From: Octopus sinensis
Taxonomy: Eukaryota
Assembly: GCF_006345805.1 (NCBI RefSeq)
Contig: NC_042999.1
Coordinates: 54,560,001 to 54,624,000, forward strand
Direction of reading: 5' to 3'
DNA: 64,000 nucleotides
Made by a program: the position numbers and the translations under genes. Below the pieces are notes generated by a model. That model was given only the letters and a program-made list of their open reading frames with translations. It did no database searches and had not been told where the DNA came from. Each line of letters opens with the position of its first letter. Within the stretch, counting starts at the first letter, position 1. This document shows, one piece after another, positions 53,787 to 64,000 of this stretch.

Positions 53787-53859
53787 ACATATATATATAT
53801 ACACATACATACACATATATATACATAGATGCACACACACACATATATACACACACGCA

Positions 53860-53912
<53 letters not shown>

Positions 53913-55044
53913 GTATATATATATCTATATATATATATACATACTTGGAATTGTGCTGCAGCCAAAACAGAGGATTTAATGTTGTATGTGTGAAGTGAGA
54001 GACACTTCCTGAACCCTCAACACCATTATAAGATCACAACCATCGCAATAGCCACCACCACCACCACCATCATCATCATAACAGCCACCACCGCCACCGC
54101 CATCGGTTAACACGACTACGATCGTTGCTATCTCAGCAATCATCAAGTCACGATGAACAACATAAATAGTTGTAGCAAAAGCTGACACTAATATCATCAA
54201 CATCATCGATTACTATCATCACCAATACCACCGCCATTAACAACACTAACGACCCCTGTAGGCGACCACCAACACTAGGAACAGCATTGCTATTACCAAC
54301 ATTGTCGCCATCTCATCATCTTCACTATAAACATGACTGATATTATCAACGCCGCCGCACTCATGAGGAACGTCATTCGTCCGAACTCAGATATTTTAAA
54401 GGTTTGTTTGTTGACAGCAAACACTAATTATGTTTCTGTTAGCTTGATTAGACCAGATGTTATAGAAGAGCTGTGCTGACAGGAAAGATGGGGCTCCCAA
54501 CATTGACTGACAATGCCTTTGAAATGGGGGAGAACAGAAAATAAAATATAATAAATAACTAAATGCATAAAAGCTAGAACAGCATAAGATCAACAGAGAA
54601 AGTATGTAAGAACAGTTGTCCAAAGTTTGACAACCGACATCTGTGGTCAAAATGAGAGGAATTTGGCTTCATATAAGAACAGAGAAATAGACGTAACATT
54701 TGTATAAATATTTGTTTTGATTAGGGCGGTGACGGGGAGCTGAACACAGATGGATAGATGGAGACGGTTGACTAGAATTTTGAAGATACGGCAGAGCTAT
54801 CCTTGTCAGTCTCTTGCATTTCTGAGTTCGAATGCTGCTGTGGATAAATTTCTCTTCGGCGTTTCGTTGATGATAAAAAATATTTACCAGTTATGGACAG
54901 GAGGCTTTTTTGTCAATTAACTTCACTCTTACTCTTTCAGAAAAATAGATTTATAACTAAATCAATATTTATTTAAAGCATTATTGACTTTATTATTATT
55001 ATTATAGTTATTATTATTATTATTGTTATTGTTATTGTTATTGT

Positions 55045-56404
55045 TGTTATTGTTGTTTTACTTGTCAGAGCGTTCGGTCTTGTTTGCTCTGGTAGATTCT
55101 GTGCGAGCGGCCAGCAGCCTGCTGTCAGAGGTCTCACAGGATCTCTTTCTTCACATTATAAGCTTTGATACTTGGTTGTTTATTACCGTGAAAGACATTC
55201 AACATTCAAGTACCAATCTCGAAACCCTAGCTGTCCCCAGCAGAACAGTTTTGGGGGCTTGCTCTGCTTTTATGTCAATTCCGATTTCTCTGACATATTG
55301 CTTGAACTTGGTCGTTAGTGCTCCGAGTACCCCTGCAACCACTAGAATGACAGACACTCTCCTCATAGTCCACATTCTTGCAATTTCGTCTTTTAGTAGT
55401 TTAGTAGTCTGTACTTTTCAATCTTTTCTGGTTCTTGTCACTTATTATTATCATCATTATTATTATTCATATACGCACAAAAGATTAGACGGCTTGAAAA
55501 GAAAAATTTCCAACGTCGGGCTTAAGTAACCTTAGATGCCAAGAACCCTCCTGAGTATCCTACCTGTCTCTAACAATTCTCTTTTTTGGAGCTGCACTAA
55601 ACTGGGTTTTATGCCTATTTCCTCTATCCATCTGTTCAAATCTTTAGGGATAGTTCCCAATACACCTATAACAAACTGCGATACATTTTACCCACCCTTT
55701 CCATAGTCTCTGTACTTCAGTGTTTAGGTCCTGGTACTTTGCTATTTTTTCTATACACCTCATATTGATCTTTTCATCATTTGTAACTGTAAAGTCTAAT
55801 TATCTGGCACTTTCTATTCTCTTTATTTACTACTACCAAATCAGGCCTTCTAGCTTTTATTAACCAGTAAGTCTGAATGTTAAAGTCCCACATCTTGTAT
55901 TTCTTACTTTCAAGTACTATACTAGGTTCATATTCATACCTACCCGTCTGGTAAGGGTACACCAGGCACATGCATCACAACCATATGTGTGCGACGATCA
56001 CAATGTCTGGTCGATTGGGGTCAATTTATCTGTCTGTTTGTAATGGGAAGTTCCAAAGGATGGTGACACCCTCCTCATTTACTACACCCTCTAGACGGTG
56101 CCTGTACCACTTGTCATGGGATTTAATTTTGTAGTATTTACAAGCATTATTAATATTATCATCGTCATCATTATTATTATTAAGGCGGCGAGCTGGCAGA
56201 GTCGTTAGCACGCCAGACAAAATGCTTAGCGGTATTTTGTCCGTTTTCACGATCAAAATTCAAATTCCGCTGAGGCTGACTTTGCCTTTTATCCTTTCAG
56301 GGTCGATGAAATAAGTACCAGGGAAACACTGGGGTCGATGTAACCGACTAGTCCCCACCCCCAAATTTCAGGCCTTGTGCCAATTGTAGAAAGGATTATT
56401 ATTA

Positions 56405-56460
<56 letters not shown>

Positions 56461-56920
56461 CTTTGACTTTTGCTTTGTATTTGTACAAGTTGGCTCCAAG
56501 CCTCACTCAGAGACCTCAAGAGACAACAAGTTAGAAGTTCATGTTGGTGTTATGCCTAGGGTGCCATATATTTGGTTTTGTACATAGTGTTATTCTAGAG
56601 AATGTTTAAGAAACCATAAGGAAATTATAAGTTTGTTTTAAAATTTGAGATTACATAGAAAGTATTTTACGTAGGATATGAGAAGTTCCCATGAGCACTA
56701 TCTTTTGAATTTCTGCAATTTCGGGGTTTCCTGGTATCTGAGTTAGGTAGCAATCAGCACCTTTTGCTATCATTCCAAGGACACCTATGACAACAGGTAT
56801 TGTTTTAGTCTTCAGGTTCCACATTTTGCTAATTTCTATTTCAAGATCTTTATACTTACTCAGTTTTTGGTAGGTCTTGACAGATACGTTTATATCTATT
56901 GGGACAGTCATATCAATGAT
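55045..56920 (-). mobile_element. Array of four R4/Dong-like 3' fragments with (AAT)n spacers, plus a D fragment and a SINE B
   Basis: EIARMWTMRRV..LLGTARV; WDFNIQT..ARRPDLVVV; WNFPLQTDR..NRPDIVI; IDMTVP..KLSKYKDLEIEISKMW..LMGTSHILRKILSM*. Confidence 0.85.
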
Positions 56921-57240
56921 GAGGCGTCGCAAGAATGACCAGTATGAACGGACCAATTCTGAGGATACACCTGTGAAAATTAAAAGGAAATATAAAAGGA
57001 GAAAGGGGCTTTCTACTCCCCTTTTGACCAGGCTCCCGTGGCTTTTATGGGTTTTTCCACGAGTAACCTTTCGAAGCCCCTCCCCCCTATTGGGAGTTTT
57101 AATTGTTACTTACATTTCGTTGTTATCCTGCTCTCGTACACGGACTTTTTCAAATGGACAAAACCCTTTGTAACTTTCATCCTGTTTTGTCCCTTTATGT
57201 TTTAATTGATTTTTGTTAGCCCTTGTGGCCAATAAACGAA
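56915..57240 (+). mobile_element. Tx1/L1-clade LINE 3' end
   Basis: ..GPILRIHL* and 3' UTR homologous to the reverse of 12320-12600. Confidence 0.7.
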
Positions 57241-57259
57241 CGAATTATTATTATGATTA

Positions 57260-57308
<49 letters not shown>

Positions 57309-58132
57309 CATTATTATTATTATTATTATTGTTGTTGTTGTTGTTATCATCATTATCATTATAACAATAAGTAGGCGAACTGGCAGAATTATTAGAACGT
57401 CGGAAAAAGTGCTTAGCAGAATTTCTTCCGGCTCTTTACGTTAAGTTCAAATTCCGCCGATGTTGACTCTGCCTTTCATCCTTTCGGGGGTCGATAAAAT
57501 AATCACCGGCCGAGAACTGAGGTCGATGTAACCGACTCTCCCCCTCCCGAAAATTTCAGGCCTTGGGCCTAGAATAAAATTAATTATGGTTATTGGTGTT
57601 ATTGTTTAAGGGGGTAGCGTTATTGTCGTCTTCGTTGCTTTTAACACAGTCGCATTTATTGCAAACCCTTATCCTTCTTCAGGGAACTTAATATCGAAAC
57701 TAAGAAGAAGGTAAATACAGATGTATTTAGGGGATATAGTTTTACCCATTAGACACGGTTTCGTATTTCACCATATAAGATTCCTTTGCAGGTTTTATCT
57801 GTATCTATTCGTAACTGCATATCTCTTTTATCTGTATATATTTATACAGATATACAAGGAGCTTCGTCCTGGGGTTTCATTACATGTTTTCACAGAACAT
57901 TTAGCTTTCTCTTAATCCCTGTATTGGTGGGGCAATATTAGATAAAACTTGTATAAATATCAAGTCAACGATCATCGCATATCGTCAACGTGGGAAGTTA
58001 TTTAATAACAATGATAAAGTTTGAACACACATCAAGCCAGTTATGCATAGGAGATGCTGGGAATGTTTTCGATCGAGCAATTATCCGATTGTGATTCTAC
58101 TATATCTAGACAACATTGTGTATGAGTATAAA

Positions 58133-58540
58133 TTAAGGTGGAAAGAAAATCCTGTCACGTTTTTGATCTGTTCCCTTTGAGGCGACTTTTGCAATAGTTA
58201 CAACTTAATTTTCATATTCCCATGGGATTTTTCTTTTTTCAGATTACTTTATACTAAAGTGGTTAAATTCAGATTGATTTTACCGTTTTAAAACGAATAT
58301 AGATCAAAGCTATATCAGACACTGCACACTGTATGAGTTAAAAAATAGTCTCTTCAGCAACGGAAACGGCTAGACATATTCGTTCTGTTTCTAAAAAAGA
58401 AGCTTTAAGTGTCGAGATATGCTAAAGATGGCTAGTTTCGCTCGGGAAATGTTTTTCTCGCAGATAACCCAAAATCTGGACCACCAAGTTTTGTTAATAA
58501 GAAATCTCTGAAAATTGTAGTTGAGGATATTAAGGGGTGC
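58133..58540 (+). pseudogene. Mariner 5' end and HTH remnant
   Basis: TIR-like ttaaggtggaaagaaaa; IRHCTLYEL..SATETARHI..EALSVEIC*RW..DNPKSGPP. Confidence 0.6.
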
Positions 58541-59459
58541 AAACACTCTTTTGTATTCTTAAGTAGATAGAAAAATAAATGGAAATTCTTTAACAGATCT
58601 GTTTCGAAGTTGATTGTCTCTTCTGAGACTAGGAACACTTACTCTTTGGTTATCCAGAGAACTATTATTAATCTAACATTAATAAATTTCCTGGTTTGTA
58701 TATAAAGCGATAATCGGTCTCACAGTTAATTAAATAGTAGATATTCACACAGAACACAACATAATTCATAATATAAAAGCAGAGATGGGTTAATATGAAA
58801 CTTATGACCGTATATACACGATCCGGTTGAGGTTTATTCGAGGAGTGGTCCCAGAACCTAACGTTTCCTCGAAGCAGCTACACTACTGCCCGCTTTCAGT
58901 GTGGTGGAATAGGATAGTTTGATGGTGTTCTTGTATAAAATGCTGTGGTCCCTATGCTTAAAGGTAATTCTTTTTCGAATATCCAGAAAAAGATTCTGGA
59001 GCATTGGTTTCGACACAAAAAGGGTAGGTTGCACCAAATTAAATGTCTCCTCTTCTTCTGCTTGCCATAGGAGTGGGTTACTTGCCTCATTTAGGTGTGT
59101 GTATGTGTGTGTCTTTGTGTTTTTACCCCCCGCTACACTACCGGTGTTGGTTTTCTGACCCGTAACTTAGTGGTTCAGCAAAAGTGCTAGATAGAATAAG
59201 TACCAGATTTAAAAAATAACTACAAGGTTCGACGAACTCAATTAAATCCTTCAAAGCAGTGCCCCAGCATGACCAGAGTCATGTAACTGGGAGGGATCTA
59301 AAATCTCAAAAGAGCGTCCGAGTTTTACTTGAGTTATAGAGTTAATTCAATGTTCTTTTCAACTAAGGCTTACAAATAACTGTAGGTTTATCTACGTTAT
59401 GAAGGTTTCCTAACTTACGCTGTATATAAATACATGCTATATAGTCACAAAGTCAAAGG

Positions 59460-59606
59460 TGGATACCTGCATACGTACATGCATGAGAATATTCAAAAAT
59501 ACCCTGTTGTTGATGTTGAAATTCCAATGAAGGAGCTTTGGATCTAGGTTAGAAATCGGCTCTTTCTCTATTGACAAGATATTTTGAAATAAAACTGAAC
59601 AATGAC

Positions 59607-59610
<4 letters not shown>
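59460..59610 (+). mobile_element. 3' UTR of the (CATA)n-associated REL LINE
   Basis: Reverse complement of 1218-1330; followed by (CATA)n. Confidence 0.8.
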
Positions 59611-59637
<27 letters not shown>

Positions 59638-60049
59638 CATATATACGTGTGTGTATGTGTGTATGCGCGCGCGCGTGTGTGTATATCGCCATAACTTATA
59701 TGACTTAAATTAATTTATATACAGTCAAAATTTGTGTTCATTTGTAAGATACGTAAAGCGAAAACACATTGTTATCAGCGTTGTTTTGTAATAAGTTTTA
59801 TATAGCAAAAATATATGTGTATTCGACCACCCCTGATGGGATTTGAACTCAGAACGCAAAGAGCTGGAACAAACATAACAAGTTATCTAATCCGATGTTC
59901 CAACGTTACTGCCAAAGCAGGTGCATTAAATACCGCCTGAGAATGGTAAAAAGCAAAGATGACTTCGGCGAGATTTGAACCCAGACAGTAAACTACCGGA
60001 AAAATACCACAATGCTTTTCGACGGATGCTCTAACGACTTTGCCAATTC

Positions 60050-60106
<57 letters not shown>

Positions 60107-60847
60107 AAACACGCATATCTTCGTAAACCTTAATTTATAAGGTAAACTAAAGCTATTTAATATTACAATAAGCAACCTCATGACAATACATGATTTTGCT
60201 TTGTGCCCTAAATATCTCTCTGAAATCATTGACCCATATAAATACTACACACACACACTTGTGTGTGTATGTGTGTGTTGTTATTTTACATGAACCTTTC
60301 CCATCGACGCCTCACTAGTCAAGACCCAAATCTGGGTTTGCTCTCACATATAATGCAGTATATTGTAGTCCACAACTTAACTGTTTGACCTTAACCATAT
60401 TAGTCCCTCAAATCTCCATCATAATAGGATACACGGTAATTTATTAGCCCTTTCTGCTGCCATATTTATTCCTTCCTCAATTCCTTTCCTACTCCTCCGC
60501 CTCATCTTTATTCTCCTTCTACTTTTCTTTCATCTTGTAACTCTTCTTAACTTTACAGGGACTCCAACAATGTCGGCCTATTTTGTTTGAGGAGGGCGAA
60601 CAATGACTGCTATGGTCACAGTTGCTGCTTCTGCTGCTCCAACTAAATATTTCTTTTTTATAAAGGCCTTGATCGTGTCCTTTCGATTAGTGACATCTTT
60701 TCAATAAATAAAAGTTTCAGGGGTCAAAATGATCGGGTCACATGATTGATATTGTCGTTAAATAACTTCTTCAGTGGATCCTCGCTGCCTCATGTGTTTC
60801 TTTATCCCATCTCTCCCCACATTTACTTAATTATCTCTTTGTCTCAA

Positions 60848-60926
<79 letters not shown>

Positions 60927-61029
60927 ACATCCATTTATCTATTTTTCTATCTATCTTTCCATCCATTTATCTATCTATCACTCTATTTATGTCTGTCTGT
61001 AAATCTAGCTATCCATCTTTTTATTTATT

Positions 61030-61510
61030 TAACGGAGCTGCAGTCCTGGGTAAAACAGAGACCGAAGGGAGCACTTGGAAAGTGGAATGTCTTCAAGCAC
61101 TTGCATCCCTCAGCCAATCGGACAATGCGATACGTGGAACGATCACTTTAGTTTTTTTATAGAGGGTTAATGGAAGAAAAGTGCGACGACGTTCTTGGGG
61201 AGAACTTGGGCGTCGAAGATCATCAGCTAGCCACCCTTTTCCAGAGAAATTTTGACCCGGGACTGATGGATAATTTCCAAAAATCTCTGGCCTGGCAGTG
61301 CTACCGGGGAAGGAGCTTTACAGCCGAACATTCCGAGATGCGCACAGGACGATGAGACGGTCCTGCACGCACTCGTCCAGTGCCCGAGCATTGCTGACCA
61401 GTTGGCTTATGTCGAACACCTGCTGTCGCGTGTGGAACGGATCCTGCTGTCAACTGAATCCATCGTGAAGATCGCCTCCACCGCCTTCCTTTAACCAGGA
61501 AAGGCTGTGT
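61030..61510 (+). pseudogene. Tx1/L1 ORF2 C-terminal fragment with zinc knuckle
   Basis: MDNFQKSLAWQCYRG and RCAQDDETVLHALVQCP. Confidence 0.7.
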
Positions 61511-61511
61511 T

Positions 61512-61579
<68 letters not shown>

Positions 61580-61581
61580 TA

Positions 61582-61612
<31 letters not shown>

Positions 61613-61995
61613 ATGTACTGATCCGTGATAGAAAATTCAGCAAGAAAAAAAAAGAACTCCATCTAGTGACACAAATATTATTTAAAGATCACAATACATG
61701 TATTAAAGCGCTGCTAATAGTTTCATATATGTGTGGTTGTGTAGATATAGACACAGGCGTGGCTGTGTGGTAAGAAGCTTGCTTCCCAACCACATGGTCC
61801 TGGGTTCAGTCCCACTGCGTGGTACTTCAGGCTAGTATCTTCTACTATAGCCTAAATATATATACTTATATATATAGTATATATATAATATATATATATA
61901 TATTATATATATATATATACATATCGTGACGTATATTTGCCATTATATATAGTATACTTATATATATAGTATATATATATATATATCTATATATA

Positions 61996-62037
<42 letters not shown>

Positions 62038-62054
62038 TTATATATATAGTATAT

Positions 62055-62480
62055 GTGGCCATAAGGCACAACTCTACAAGCCAGCCCCAAACTCAACTCG
62101 TCCTGTCGAAAGACCCTTGTCCTACGTCCTGGTTTTGTTTTTATCCTTACCATTATTGTTTTTACGTTTTTGTATTCTTATTCGTGCTTTCCTTATTGTT
62201 TTCACGTATTTTTGTTTTTTTATTCGTGTACATCGTCCGTTTTCCGTCCTTGTGTTGTATACATTCGAAGCTTTCTTCCAAGGGATCTAATGCACTTGGC
62301 TTAGATTTCCCTTGGGGGCTGCCCAGGTCGGAGCAATCTCAAGATTAATCAGCCGAAATTGCGAAGATGATCCGGTTCTTGACTGATGACTGAGGGCTTC
62401 GAATGTCCCGTCCTGTGGTTCTTGTGTCGTCTTCTAGGTGTTTCACGTTCTTGTCCCAGTTTGTATATATTTTTTACTTT
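62055..62480 (+). repeat. Unclassified T-rich element embedded in (TA)n
   Basis: Sharp boundaries against TA tracts; no ORF or TIR recognised. Confidence 0.35.
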
Positions 62481-64000
62481 TTACATATACATATATATAC
62501 TTATATATCTTTTAGTATATATAATATGTATACATAGAAAGAAACACACACACACACACACACATAATATTTCTCCCTATTTACCTATCTACCTATTTAT
62601 CGATCTATCAATGTATCTATCTTTTCCTACTCTCCCCCTATTGCACTTCCCTTATTCCTCTCATCCTTACATTGTCTTTTTTTATCTACCCCAGAAATCG
62701 AGAAGGCCAAACCTTTATAAACGACATTTATCAACACAAACAGTGGGTGTTGTCTTGTCTTGTCCTGCCTGCGCTGCTGGGTGATATATAGTTAGAGGTA
62801 AGACGGGGAGCTCAAGAATTCGGCATCTTTCTTTGCTACCGCTATTGTTGTTGTTGTTGTTGTAGTAGTAGTAGGAGATGAGAAAAGCCGTGTAGTTTGT
62901 TGGGCACATTCTTAACCACCGGTGGCTGAGTCCACCGCAGCAGGAGTTACGGTGTTTGGATCTTAAGTCATGATATTTAATCATGCTTTATAATGATCGT
63001 GATGGTGGTGGTGGCGGTGGGGAGGAATGACGGTTGGGGAAGATCACCATTGTTATCACTGTCGTTGTCTTCGTCTTTACCGTGGTCATGGTTCAAACGG
63101 TGGTGCTGGTTGTAGTAGTGGTGGTTGTAGTAGTAATAGTAGTAGTGGTGGTGGTGGTGGTGGTTTTTTGAACGACACAGAACACAGGTGAGATTAGAGA
63201 AGCTCTAGATTATCCACACATACACACACTCATATATATATACAGATTATTTAGATTATTTCATGTTTTATGTAGAGAGAAACACATTTGTAACGGTTAA
63301 GATTTATTGCAATTGCCTGTTGTGAGACGTGAAAGATGAAAGAACAGTGATCGAAGTTGTAAAGAAATATTTATTTACCGTTACTTTAATATATGCCATA
63401 CCACGACGGATCGGTTAGTGGAATAGCATAACAGTTCGTAAAGCATGCAAGGAAAAGAAAGTTAATTTCGGCCTGTATATGTGTGAACCTGATCTCGTTG
63501 TAGTAAGAGAGATGGTAATGTGACAGAGAAAAGAAAGTGAGTTAGTGAGAGTGATGGGACAAAACAACTGCTTCGTTGGTGAGTTACCATAGTTGTTCCT
63601 TTGTGCCTTTTCCTTCAGAGACGGCGTTTTGATTAGTCGGTCAGCCAGACTGGCTTACGGAGTTCTTGTTTTTATAACTATCCAAAACCAGCTAGAAGGA
63701 TAGACATATTGTTGAGAACAATAGATTTCGTTGCAGGTCTGTTATCTCTATTCTAGCTTTTGGTGGCATAGAAGAGGTTAGAAGGGTCAAGTGACAAAGC
63801 CATTATTCTGCTTAGCGAAGGCATCTGGCAAATGTAACTGCTGTCACTCACAGAAAAAACTATTGTTTTACTGTAAAAAAAGTGCTGTTGAACTGTAAAG
63901 TGAAATTTGGCGATCGAGGATCGAATCCACGCTATGCCTGCATGAAGCTACTACACATCTAATCTGGCAAAGAATGGGGCTATATGTTAAAACTTAATTC

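Noticed and set aside
62345-62410. Hammerhead from GAAA...CTGATGA
   Set aside because: The required stems and cleavage triplet could not be assigned.

Overview
AT-rich eukaryotic DNA dominated by microsatellites (TA, CA, TATG, AAT, GATA, GA) and decayed transposable elements. The repeat landscape suggests an octopus/coleoid genome; this is an inference, not a search result. I recognise no host protein-coding exon, rRNA, intact tRNA or CRISPR array, and most listed ORFs are microsatellite artefacts or TE remnants. Supported content: three tRNA-derived SINE families (labelled A, B, C here); many R4/Dong-like REL-endonuclease LINE pieces in (AAT)n or (CATA)n; Tx1/L1, RTE and Penelope-like fragments; several Tc1/mariner relics; hAT, Tigger-like and Helentron-type non-autonomous elements; and a 29-bp minisatellite. 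Most notable: (1) several unrelated short elements carry Penelope-type minimal hammerhead ribozyme motifs, including a tRNA-head + (AAT)n + hammerhead-tail SINE present as a head-to-head inverted dimer; (2) a ~200-bp-arm foldback inside a hAT MITE has a loop copied from DNA ~1 kb upstream; (3) a mariner is built from two inverted 5' ends; (4) an RTE LINE ends in three C2H2 fingers; (5) SINE/LINE partnerships are visible within the window. All alignments were done by eye, so boundaries and identities are approximate.
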